From contig CANMTR010000013.1 of the NCBI GenBank assembly GCA_947500825.1, positions 5,889 through 69,888 on the forward strand: a DNA stretch of 64,000 nucleotides, given 5' to 3'. Positions within the stretch are counted from its first letter, which is position 1; each line of letters opens with the position of its first letter. The position numbers were made by a program, and so were the translations under genes. Below are positions 1 to 8,671 of this stretch, piece after piece. Source of the DNA: an uncultured Rhodobacteraceae bacterium (GTDB lineage: Bacteria; Pseudomonadota; Alphaproteobacteria; Rhodobacterales; Rhodobacteraceae). The notes beneath the pieces are model-generated. The model was given only the letters and a program-made list of their open reading frames with translations. It was not told the DNA's origin and did not search any database.

Positions 1-615
1 GGACATGGACGCCGCGACCACGAGCGAGCCGGAGATGAGCGTGATGACGAGAAGCAGACGAAACTCGGGCGCGAACCGGGCCGCGATCCTGCGTCCCAGG
101 GGCTCTCGTTGGCCGGTCTGACCGGAGGCGTCGGGGCCCTCGACGATCAGGCACGAATAGGTGCGTTGCGGGACAATGTCTTTCCGCCATCCATCCGCGG
201 GGGACCAAAGGGCGCCGTGTCCGCGTGGTTGCGGCTCGACGAAGAGGATCCGGTCGCCGTCGAGCACCATGGTCCCGGGAGGCAGGGCGGGAAGGTCGGA
301 GCCGCGGTGCTTCTCGTGATGCGTGCCCAGACCCAGATTGCGCAACGTCGCGCGGATCTCCGTCAGGCCGAAGGCAGCGGGGAAATGCGGCGTCGCCCCG
401 GCGAATCTTCGGACGTTGACCGGCCAGCGGCGACAGCGGAGGACCTCCACCAGCGCCCGGGGTCCGGGGCCGGTAATGGCGAGGCCGCAGAAGCGGCCGC
501 TCTCCGTACCTTCCACGAGCGCGTCGTAGTCGAATTCCTCGATTGCCCGTTTATCGCCGCGCTGCCCGGCGTCCGAGGTGTCCAAACCGGCTTCGATTCG
601 TGCGCTGACCGCCAT
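1..615 (-). CDS. ABC exporter subunit, N-terminal part only (C39 peptidase-like domain followed by first TM segment); continues past window start
   Basis: Own translation of the minus strand from the ATG at 615-613, 2 nt after the stop of the 618..2255 gene. No in-frame stop down to position 1, and codon position 3 is G/C-rich. Reads MAVSARIEAGL...GRFCGLAITG...LLLVITLISGSLVVAASMS. A soluble domain of about 180 aa with a CGLA motif precedes a hydrophobic segment, as in C39 / C39-like domains of bacteriocin and T1SS exporters. Missing from the ORF track because it is truncated. Confidence 0.55.
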   Translation of the reverse strand, partial: MAVSARIEAGLDTSDAGQRGDKRAIEEFDYDALVEGTESGRFCGLAITGPGPRALVEVLRCRRWPVNVRRFAGATPHFPAAFGLTEIRATLRNLGLGTHHEKHRGSDLPALPPGTMVLDGDRILFVEPQPRGHGALWSPADGWRKDIVPQRTYSCLIVEGPDASGQTGQREPLGRRIAARFAPEFRLLLVITLISGSLVVAASMS

Positions 616-617
616 CG

Positions 618-2255
618 TCAATGACCCGACACCGGCGATGCGCTGGCTTCGACCAGCCGCCCGTCACGAATGCGAAAGTGACGATCGGCCAGCGGATGCC
701 CCTCGGGGCGATATGTGACGACGATCAGGATCACGTCCGGGCGCAGGTCGGACAGAAACTCCTCGAGCCGGGACGCAAGTTGTCGATCGAGGCCGAGCAT
801 CGCCTCGTCGAAGAGGATCACGTCCGGTTTCGACACCAAGCTCCCGATGATCAGGGCGCAATCCTGCACGGCCTTCGGCAGCGTCGCGGCCGTCTGGACC
901 GACATGGGTGTCGAGAACCCTTCCGCGAGGCCGGCGATGAAGGTTTCGATGCCGATCCGGTGCGACAGGTCGAAGGCGGCCTGGCGGTATTCACCGGGAT
1001 CGAACCGGGTCATGTTCTCCAGAAGCGTGCCCTCGAGCATGACGTGATCCGCCCCGAGACGGCCGATCCGGCGCGACAGGTCCATCGGATCGCAGTCTTG
1101 CAGAAGCCGGCCGTCAATCCGGACCTCGCCATCGGTGGGAATCAGGTGGCCGCAGATCAGCTCCAGGATCGCGGCGGACGCAGCGGCGTCGTGTCCGTCG
1201 ATCGCGATCGCGTCCCCTGAGCGGAGCGACAGGTCGACCTCGCGCAGGAGTGTCCTGCCGTCCTCGGACAGGGTGATGCCCGAGAGGTCGAGGTGCTCGA
1301 TCCGGTCCACGGCCGTGGTGCCGGTATGGCGGAGTGGGGCGCCCAGAAGCCGCGCGACGTCCTCGATATGGGAGCGCACGTCGCGCTCGCCCGCGATCAA
1401 CGCCTCGATGCGCAGGATCGGCTGGATGATCCGGTTGGTCAGCAGGATCGCGGCGGCCAGGCCGCCCATGGTCATCCGCTCGTCGATGACCAGGAACGAG
1501 CCGAGGCAAGCCATGACCACCGGCGAGACGAGGGAGATCGTGCCGGCGAGGCCCTGCGTGAAGCTGACCCGTTCCGCGAATTCGCGGGTCTGGGCCGCGT
1601 TGACCGACATGAGCCTTTCGTGGCGGCGCGCGAACTCGGGCTCTATCCCAAGCGCCTTGATCATTTCGATCCGGCTCAGGGTTTCGGACAGGAAGGCGTG
1701 GCGGCGGCCGCCTCTCTCCACCCGTTCGTGACCGAGAGCGATGATCCGGCGCCGGTGGCGCGCGACGACGGCGAGAGAGCCCAAGGCCAGGAGTGCCGCA
1801 CCGAGGCCCATGATCGGCGAGATCAGCACGATCACCCCTATGAAGAGGAGGACGAAAGGTATGTCGTAGAACGCGATCGCCACTTCGCCGCCGTAATGCC
1901 GGCGCACTCGCGCGATGGCGTCGAACTTGTCGAAAATCTCGTGGTGCCCCAGAAATCCTTCGTCGATGGCAGGATGGAGAACCCGCTGACAGGCCTGCCA
2001 GTGAGTCGAGAGGGCGAAGCGAACGGTCGAGAGGGCGACGATGTGGAACCGGGCCGTGCGGATCGCGAAATCCAATACGACGAAGATGAAGAGCCCGGCG
2101 GCAAGGACCGCCATGGTCTCGATCCCACGATTGGGCACGACCCGGTCGAACACATGCAGCAGCGCCACCGGCAGCGCGAGAGCGAAGACATTCGTGATCA
2201 GCGACGCCGCGATGATCGCCGGGTCGGATCTCATGCGCCGGATCTCTTCGATCAT
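618..2255 (-). CDS. Type I secretion-type ABC permease/ATPase-like protein with degenerate nucleotide-binding domain
   Basis: 545-aa ORF. The N-terminal 6-TM region resembles PrtD/HlyB (LITNVFALALPVALLHVFDRVVP). The C-terminal NBD fold keeps Walker B (ILFDEA) but has GHDAAASA in place of Walker A, LPKAVQD in place of LSGGQ, and TYRPEG in place of the H-loop. Confidence 0.8.
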   Translation of the reverse strand: MIEEIRRMRSDPAIIAASLITNVFALALPVALLHVFDRVVPNRGIETMAVLAAGLFIFVVLDFAIRTARFHIVALSTVRFALSTHWQACQRVLHPAIDEGFLGHHEIFDKFDAIARVRRHYGGEVAIAFYDIPFVLLFIGVIVLISPIMGLGAALLALGSLAVVARHRRRIIALGHERVERGGRRHAFLSETLSRIEMIKALGIEPEFARRHERLMSVNAAQTREFAERVSFTQGLAGTISLVSPVVMACLGSFLVIDERMTMGGLAAAILLTNRIIQPILRIEALIAGERDVRSHIEDVARLLGAPLRHTGTTAVDRIEHLDLSGITLSEDGRTLLREVDLSLRSGDAIAIDGHDAAASAAILELICGHLIPTDGEVRIDGRLLQDCDPMDLSRRIGRLGADHVMLEGTLLENMTRFDPGEYRQAAFDLSHRIGIETFIAGLAEGFSTPMSVQTAATLPKAVQDCALIIGSLVSKPDVILFDEAMLGLDRQLASRLEEFLSDLRPDVILIVVTYRPEGHPLADRHFRIRDGRLVEASASPVSGH

Positions 2256-2412
2256 CTTTCGTTCGTCCCGCGTCCCGCTATGGCCGACACGCGTTTAGCG
2301 CGACCTTCCATAAGGGGGGATTAAAGCGGCTTACCTCCGATCCGAGAGGCTGTGTGAAAAGTCGCCGGCCGGCCTGTTGGAGCCATGCTCTATCCGGAGA
2401 CGCAGAGGAACA

Positions 2413-2619
2413 GGGGCTGTTGCGTTGACCCTGTGCTGTGCGGAAGACCCCCGAAACCGGAGTTCGTAGATGTCGGGCAAGCAGCCGTTCGAGTATCACC
2501 GGTTTTCGGCCGTGATCATTCTCCGTGCCGTCCGGATGTACCTTCGGTATCCGCTGTCGTACCAGGATACCGCTGATCGGGGCTGTTGCACTGGCGAGCT
2601 TCGATCGCAGTTCAACTAA
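2413..2619 (+). pseudogene. IS6-family element remnant: left IR plus first ~37 codons of the transposase
   Basis: GGGGCTGTTGCGTTG at 2413-2427 closely matches the left IR of the IS6 copy at 7851. The ATG at 2470 gives MSGKQPFEYHRFSAVIILRAVRMYLRYPLSYQDTADR, which is the conserved IS6 transposase N-terminus. Homology then stops and a stop codon follows at 2617-2619. Confidence 0.7.
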
Positions 2620-2695
2620 GCGTCCGTGCTTCAGGCTGCACGGCGTGCTCCCTCCCAGTATCCGTGCTCAAGGTTCAGCAACGCCGCAGCCCCCG

Positions 2696-4121
2696 TCATC
2701 GCGCCTCCGCCTCGGCGGTCTCGAGCAGGGCGAATTCCTCCTCGGCCGTCTTCGCCACCAGGTGATGGCGCGAATAAAGAAAGAAATAGGCCGCGCCGAG
2801 GGCGAAAAGGACGAGCGTCAGCAGGAAGGCGCGCGGGTCGAAGGCGAAGACGCCGGTGAGCGCGATCAGCGACAGCACCAGCGCGATGCCCGATGTCACG
2901 GTGCCCCCCGGCGTGCGGTAGGGGCGGGCGAGGTCAGGCTGGGTCTTCCTGAGCTGGATGTGGCTCCAGGCCATCAGCGCGTAGGAGATCGTGGCGCCGA
3001 CCACCGCCATCGCCAGCATCAGGTCGCCCTGTCCCGAGAGCGAGGCGAGAAACCCCAGCACGCCGGGCACGATGAGCGCGCGGGCGGGCACCTTGCGGTC
3101 GTTGGTCACCGAGAGCGCGCGGGGCAGGTAGCCCGCCCGGCTCAACGCGAAGACCAGCCGCGAATAGCCGTAGATGATGGAGAAGAACGAGGCGACGAGC
3201 CCGGCGAGCGCCAGCACGTTGACGAGCGTGGCGAGCCACGCCGATCCCCACCGAGTCGAGCGCGTCCACCAGCGGCACGCCCGACTGGCCGATCATCTCC
3301 GCCCCGCCGGCCCCGGCGAGCAGGATCGTGACGAGCGTCGCGGTGAAGAGAAGGAGGATCATCGCCCCGATGATGCCGCGGGGCATGTCGCGGGCAGGAT
3401 CGCGGGCCTCCTCGGCGGCGAGCGGAACGCCCTCGACCGCGAGGAACAGCCACATGGCGAAGGGCAGGGCGGCCCAGACCCCGAAGATGCCGTGGGGCAG
3501 GAAGGTGGAGGCGCCCAAGGCGTCGCCGGGGGGAATGTCGAAGAGGTTCGCGGGGTCGAAATGCGGCACCAGCGCCAGAGCCGTGGCCAGGATCGCGAAG
3601 ACCGCGAGGCCGGAGATCGCCATCATCACCTTCAGCGCCTCGCCAACGCCGGCGAGGTGGATGCCCACGAAGACGGCGTAGAAGACGGCATAGACGATGG
3701 GCCCGTCGAGGCCGATCAGGCTTTCGACCGCCGCGCCGATGAAGATGACGATGGCGGCGGGGGCCAGCGCGTATTCGATCAGCACCGCGAGGCCGGTGAG
3801 GTAGCCGCCCGCCGGACCGATCGCCTGGCGCGCGAAGCTGTAGCCGCCCCCCGCCGCCGGGATCGCCGCCGACATCTCGGCGAGCGACAGGACCAGGGTG
3901 AAATACATCGTCCCCATCAGGATCGCGGCGATGACGAAACCGCCCCAACCGGCCTCTCCGATGCCGAAGTTCCAGCCGGCGAAGTCGCCCGAGATGACAT
4001 AGGAGACTCCGAGGCCCGCCAGCAGGACCCATCCAGCAGTGCCGCGCTGGAGCTGGCGCTTTTCCAGGTAGGAGCGGTCGATATCGCCGCCCTCGGGCCG
4101 TGACGTCGTCGCATCGCTCAT
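2696..4121 (-). pseudogene. eat: Ethanolamine permease (APC family), disrupted by a frameshift near 3230-3250
   Basis: Two overlapping minus-strand ORFs (2934..4184 and 2696..3217) carry the N- and C-terminal halves of one APC permease. The N-terminal frame is coherent up to ...LVDALDSVGIG. The other frame continues AWLATLVNVLALAGLVASFFSIIYGYSR. The start at 4121 lies 4 nt after the eutC stop. Confidence 0.8.
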
Positions 4122-4125
4122 GGGA

Positions 4126-4935
4126 TCATCCTTCTGATGGGGCGGCGAGGAAGCTTGTCGCGCGGTCGTCCTGGTCGATTTCACCGCCCGAGGAGCGGTC
4201 CTTGAGGGCGATGCCCGAGGTCTCGATCTTCGCGGCCTCCGACAGGAGCCAGGCGGCGCGGGCGGCGGCGCGGTCGTAGTCGAGCCCGGCGGCGCGCACG
4301 TTGGAGATGCAGTTGCGTCGCGCGTCGTGAAGCCCGGTTTCGGGGCCCCAGGTGAAGTAGAGGCCGAGGCTGTCGGGTGCGGACAGGCCCGGCCGCTCGC
4401 CGATCATCACCAGCACGGCGCGGGCCTTCAGGATCTCGCCCACATGGTCGCCGATGGCGACGCGACCCTGTTCCACGATGACGGGGCGCGACAGGGTTTT
4501 GCCCTCTACGTGGCCCAGGAAGGCGCGCAGGAAGGGGGCCACGTTGTTCTGCGCGGCGAAGGACGACAGCCCGTCGGCCACGACGAGGGCGAGGTCGGGT
4601 GGATCGCCCGCCGCCGCCTCCAGGGTTGCGGTGGACTCTGCGTCCAGTTCCTCCCCCTTGGGCGGGTTGCGGAGGTAGTCGTCGCGGCTCTCGGCCTGCG
4701 TATGCAGGATCAGCGGATCGCCCAGCCCCTCCACGCCCTTCAGGTCGTGGGCCAGCTGGCTCGCATCAAGCGGCAGGTGCACGGCGTCGCGGGCCTGGGC
4801 ATGGGCGATCTGGAAGGCCAGGAGCTCGCGCGTGGGCAGGCTGACGCCCACGCGCCCCAGCCCGATCCGGGCATCGGTGAAGCGGCGCGAGGAGCGCCAG
4901 GGATTCTCGGTCAGGATCTCGGGATCGTCAGGCAT
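4126..4935 (-). CDS. eutC: Ethanolamine ammonia-lyase small subunit
   Basis: 269-aa ORF with typical EutC sequence (RIGLGRVGVSLPT..., VVADGLSS, MIGERPGLS). Overlaps the eutB stop by 8 nt. Confidence 0.9.
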   Translation of the reverse strand: MPDDPEILTENPWRSSRRFTDARIGLGRVGVSLPTRELLAFQIAHAQARDAVHLPLDASQLAHDLKGVEGLGDPLILHTQAESRDDYLRNPPKGEELDAESTATLEAAAGDPPDLALVVADGLSSFAAQNNVAPFLRAFLGHVEGKTLSRPVIVEQGRVAIGDHVGEILKARAVLVMIGERPGLSAPDSLGLYFTWGPETGLHDARRNCISNVRAAGLDYDRAAARAAWLLSEAAKIETSGIALKDRSSGGEIDQDDRATSFLAAPSEG

Positions 4936-6331
4936 CCTGGGGCAGCCTCCTCAGCGAATTGGCGAAGCCCTCCGGCACGTCGGAGGCGAGGCGGAAGCCC
5001 GCATCGCTGTCGAGGATCGCCATGCCCGCGAGCCAGTCGTCGAATTCCGGCGTGGGGCGCAGATCCAGCGCCCGGCGCAGGTAGAGCGCGTCGTGAAACG
5101 AAGTCGTCTGGTAGTTCAGCATGATGTCGTCGGCGCCGGGAATGCCCATGATGAAGGTCACCCCCGCCACGCCCAGCAGCGTCATCAGATTGTCCATGTC
5201 GTCCTGATCGGCCTCGGCGTGGTTGGTGTAGCAGACGTCGCAGCCCATCGGCACGCCCATCAGCTTGCCGCAGAAATGGTCCTCCAGCCCCGCGCGCGCG
5301 ATCTCCTTGCCGTCGAAGAGGTATTCGGGGCCGATGAAGCCCACCACCGTGTTCGTGAGCAGCGGCTCGAAATGGCGCGCCACGGCGTAGGCGCGCACCT
5401 CGCAGGTCTGCTGGTCGAGCCCGTGATGCGCGCCCGCGGAAAGCTCCGATCCCTGACCGGTCTCGAAATACATGACGTTCTCGCCCACGGTCCCGCGCTT
5501 CAGCGACAGGGCGGCCTCGCGCGCCTCCGCGAGGTCCTTCAGCGAAAACCCGAAGGAGGCGTTGGCCTCCTCCGTCCCGGCGATGGACTGGAAGACGAGG
5601 TCCACCGGCGCGCCCGCCTCGATGCATTCCAGCGTGTTGGTCACGTGGGTCAGCACGCAGGACTGGGTGGGGATCTGGTACTGGTCGATGATGTCCGCCA
5701 TCAGGCGGTTGAGGCGGATCGCCTGGGCGACGTTGTCGGTCGCGGGATTGATACCGATCACCGCGTCGCCCGCCCCGTACATCAGCCCGTCGAGGATCGA
5801 GGCGGCGATGCCGTTCACGTCGTCTGTGGGATGGTTGGGCTGGATCCGGGTCGAGAGCCGCCCCGGCAGGCCCACCGTGCCGCGGAAGGCCGTGGTCACG
5901 CGGCATTTCCTCGCCACCAGGATCAGGTCCTGGTTGCGCATGATCTTGGCCACGGCGGCCACCATCTCGGGCGTCAGGCCCGGGCGGAGATCGGTCAGCG
6001 CCTCCTCGGTGGCCATGTCACTGAGCAGCCAGTCGCGGAAATCGCCCACGGTCAGGTGCGACACGGGGGCGAAGGCGGCCGCGTCGTGGGTGTCGACGAT
6101 CAGCCGGGTGACTTCGTCCTTTTCGTAAGGGACCAGCGCTTCGGAGAGGAAGGTCTTCAGCGGCAGGTCGGCCAGCACGGCCTGGGCGGCGGCGCGTTCC
6201 TCCGCCGTTCCGGCGGCGACGCCCGCCAACCGGTCGCCGGAGCGTTCGGGCGTGGCGCGGGCCATGACCTCGGCCAGCGTGGCGAAGCCGTGGGTGCGGC
6301 CGCCGATCGTGTGGCGGAACTTGTGGGACAT
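4928..6331 (-). CDS. eutB: Ethanolamine ammonia-lyase large subunit (AdoCbl-dependent)
   Basis: The ORF 4928..6445 contains the EutB sequence from MSHKFRHTIGGRTHGFATLAEVMARATPERSGDRLAGVAA. The start was chosen at the ATG at 6331, which gives a protein of about 467 aa. Confidence 0.9.
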   Translation of the reverse strand: MSHKFRHTIGGRTHGFATLAEVMARATPERSGDRLAGVAAGTAEERAAAQAVLADLPLKTFLSEALVPYEKDEVTRLIVDTHDAAAFAPVSHLTVGDFRDWLLSDMATEEALTDLRPGLTPEMVAAVAKIMRNQDLILVARKCRVTTAFRGTVGLPGRLSTRIQPNHPTDDVNGIAASILDGLMYGAGDAVIGINPATDNVAQAIRLNRLMADIIDQYQIPTQSCVLTHVTNTLECIEAGAPVDLVFQSIAGTEEANASFGFSLKDLAEAREAALSLKRGTVGENVMYFETGQGSELSAGAHHGLDQQTCEVRAYAVARHFEPLLTNTVVGFIGPEYLFDGKEIARAGLEDHFCGKLMGVPMGCDVCYTNHAEADQDDMDNLMTLLGVAGVTFIMGIPGADDIMLNYQTTSFHDALYLRRALDLRPTPEFDDWLAGMAILDSDAGFRLASDVPEGFANSLRRLPQDA

Positions 6332-6451
6332 CGGACGTCTCCGGGCCGGGTCGCGTTTCCTTAACAGAGCGCATTGCATGCCGCCGGGGAAAGCTTTTTC
6401 TCGGGTAGCCAGGCGGCGGACAGAGATCGCGCGAAAATCGGGCACCGAGAG

Positions 6452-7069
6452 TCAGGCGGTGGCGATCATCCGGGCTAGGGGGCCGATCTGCGCCCGCGCG
6501 CGGCTCCGCGACGCCTCCAACGCGTCCGTCTCGCTGCGGACGAAGTCGAAGAACAGCATGTCGAGCGCGTTGAAAACCAGCTCGCCTAGATCGTCGGCGG
6601 GCAGGTCCGCCCAGGCCCGGCCGTGCACCTGCAGTTCGGTCAGGAGCGCGCGGACCTGGCCTGCGAGGCGGGCATCGAGGTCGGCATGGGCGCGGCCGTT
6701 CGGCGTGTCGGGCCGCTCGATCGAAAGCACAATAGCCGCGCGCCACATCTCCTTGGAGAGATAATCGAGCGAGTGGTCGGAGTAGCCGAAGACCAGCGCC
6801 ATGACCGCCCGCTCCTCGTCGTCGGGGAGGAGGGACGCCAGGTCCGCACCCTGCGCTAGTACCTCATCGACTTCCAGCGCGACGGTGCTCATCAGGATGT
6901 CGCCCTTGTGCGAATAGTAGTCATAGCGCGTGCCAACCGAGAGATCCGCGCTAAAGGCGAGATCCTCCATCCGCACCGCGCGAAAGCCATTCTGCCGGAA
7001 CAGCGTCACTGCGGCGCCCAAGATTTGACGGTTCCGGTCGGCCTTCTGCCGCTCCCTTAACCCCGACAT
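6452..7069 (-). CDS. TetR/AcrR family transcriptional regulator
   Basis: 205-aa ORF with an N-terminal TetR HTH (RERQKADRNRQILGAAVTLFRQNGFRAVRMEDLAFSADLSVGTRYDYYSHKGDIL). Same strand as eutBC-eat and directly upstream of them. Confidence 0.85.
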   Translation of the reverse strand: MSGLRERQKADRNRQILGAAVTLFRQNGFRAVRMEDLAFSADLSVGTRYDYYSHKGDILMSTVALEVDEVLAQGADLASLLPDDEERAVMALVFGYSDHSLDYLSKEMWRAAIVLSIERPDTPNGRAHADLDARLAGQVRALLTELQVHGRAWADLPADDLGELVFNALDMLFFDFVRSETDALEASRSRARAQIGPLARMIATA

Positions 7070-7129
7070 GACTGCCCCTGTCGGGCACTGGTGCGCAAAT
7101 CACCTGATGGCCGGACTATCCCTTTCCGC

Positions 7130-7850
7130 GTGGGGGGACTTATCTCACGGGCTCTGTGAGGGATGCGGCCCTCCAGAACGGTGATACCGGCCTGGAACTC
7201 GGCGACCCGGGGATCGAAGTCCCTCGCCATGAGGCGCCGGCCCAACCCTTTGGCTGCGCGGACCTTCGGATCGCGCGAGGCATCTTCGTCACGATACGGC
7301 TCCGGCGGTGGTATCCGCTCCAGCCTCGCCAGGTCGCGCGGCCGAGGTGTTTCGATGGGCACCGCGCCTCGTTTCCGGCCCCTGCGCTTGGCGGAGACGC
7401 TCTCGATTTCCTCGTCGGCCGGGATCTGGCCGAGCAGGTCGGGTCGCACAGGCGCGCCGCCCATGTGACGTCCGGTGACCTCGACAGTTCGGACGTCCGG
7501 AGTTTGCTCGTTAATCCCAAGGGGGACCTTACGATAGGCGAGCCCTGTCGCGCCAATGGTCCGAGCGAGAATGGCGAACCCGTTCGGGGCGGGCATGCTT
7601 GCGGGCATGCCCCTCCGCCTTCGCCCTCCGCCGTGATGCCATTCGGCATCGTCCTCGGACCGGTGGCGGACCATGCCTCATTGTCCGCCAGTAGGTGCGC
7701 CGGGCCCCTGGAGCGACGTTAGGCAATGTTCACTGCCAGCGTCTTCCGGCGGCTGGAGAACGTGCCGAAATCCGAAACTGTCCAGGCCCGGCCAACAAGC
7801 CGCAGCAGGCTCTCCACGAAGCCCGTGGTCCGGCGCAACGCCACGCCGAT
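7130..7850 (-). pseudogene. IS5-family (DDE_Tnp_1) transposase gene, multiply frameshifted and 5'-truncated by the IS6 insertion
   Basis: Transposase-like segments are scattered over three minus-strand frames: ALRRTTGFVESLLRLVGRAWTVSDFGTFSSRRKTLAVNIA; KVPLGINEQTPDVRTVEVTGRHMGGAPVRPDLLGQIPADEEIESV; SKHLGRATWRGWSGYHRRSRIVTKM; LMARDFDPRVAEFQ. Homology ends exactly at the IS6 left IR (7851). Confidence 0.7.
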
Positions 7851-7851
7851 G

Positions 7852-8671
7852 GGGACTGTTGCGTTGCTGGTCCTCCAGGCACGGATACTGGTTCCGAAGT
7901 AGAGGGAGCCCGTCATGCGCGATCCGTTCAGAGGACATCGGTTTCCGCGTGAGGTGATCCTGCTGGCCGTGCGCTGGTGCTGCCGGTTTCCGCTTTCGTA
8001 CCAGGATGTCGCCGATCTGCTGGCGGAGCGCGGGATCACGGTGGACCGCGCCACGGTCGTCCGCTGGGTCCGGAAGTTCTTCCCCGATAGTGCCAGGCGC
8101 GCTCATGCCCACCGCGGCTGGCTCGGCCTGAACCGGCATGCGGCCGAAAGCTACGCCCGGGTTGGCGGTGAATGGCGATACGTCTCGCGACCAGTCGACC
8201 AGAAGGGCCAGTTCATCGATTTCCGCCTAACGGCCAGGCGGGATGCGAAGGCCGTCGAAGCCTTCCCGAAACAGGCCAGGCAAGGCGAGCGCCTCTATCC
8301 GCCGGTCTCCATCTGCACCGACAAGGTTCCGGGGGACCGCAAGGTTATCCAGGACCTGAACCACCGGCATGATCCGCATTTGGCCAGTACTCTGCACATC
8401 GACCGGAAATGGCGAGATGACCGCATCAAGGGCGACCACGCCGCGATGAAGCGCCTGCTCGGAACACGGCAATCGTTTCGCTCGCTGCGATCCGCCAAGG
8501 CGGCGCTCATGGCCGCCGAGGCAATCCGGACCATCGGGAACGGCCATGTCTCGAACAAGGGGCCAGAGGTCCGTAGAGAGGTCAACCTTGTCCGGAATTT
8601 GTTCAGCCATGCAGCCTAAAGTACGGACGCACAAGTGAACTGCGCTCGAAGTTAGCCAATGCAACAGTCCC
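7852..8671 (+). mobile_element. IS6-family insertion sequence (820 bp) with terminal inverted repeats
   Basis: Left end GGGACTGTTGC at 7852-7862. The right end GCAACAGTCCC at 8661-8671 is its exact reverse complement, and the repeat extends imperfectly to about 16 nt. It holds a single transposase ORF, and the size is typical for IS6. No 8-bp direct duplication is present (flanks cgccgatg and ggtgagaa). Confidence 0.8.
7915..8619 (+). CDS. IS6-family transposase (ORF intact, catalytic residues apparently substituted)
   Basis: 234-aa ORF MRDPFRGHRFPREVILLAVRWCCRFPLSYQDVADLLAERGITVDRATVVRWV..., colinear with IS26-type transposases. The motifs read HAAESYARV (expected DETYV), ICTDKVP (D kept) and DDRIKGDHAAMKR (expected NxxExDH). 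Confidence 0.8.
   Translation: MRDPFRGHRFPREVILLAVRWCCRFPLSYQDVADLLAERGITVDRATVVRWVRKFFPDSARRAHAHRGWLGLNRHAAESYARVGGEWRYVSRPVDQKGQFIDFRLTARRDAKAVEAFPKQARQGERLYPPVSICTDKVPGDRKVIQDLNHRHDPHLASTLHIDRKWRDDRIKGDHAAMKRLLGTRQSFRSLRSAKAALMAAEAIRTIGNGHVSNKGPEVRREVNLVRNLFSHAA

Noticed and set aside
2525-3331. 268-aa plus-strand ORF and other ORFs (3174..4103, 3142..4032) over the permease region
   Set aside because: They are antisense or out of frame relative to the clearly homologous ethanolamine permease halves, and their translations are low-complexity.
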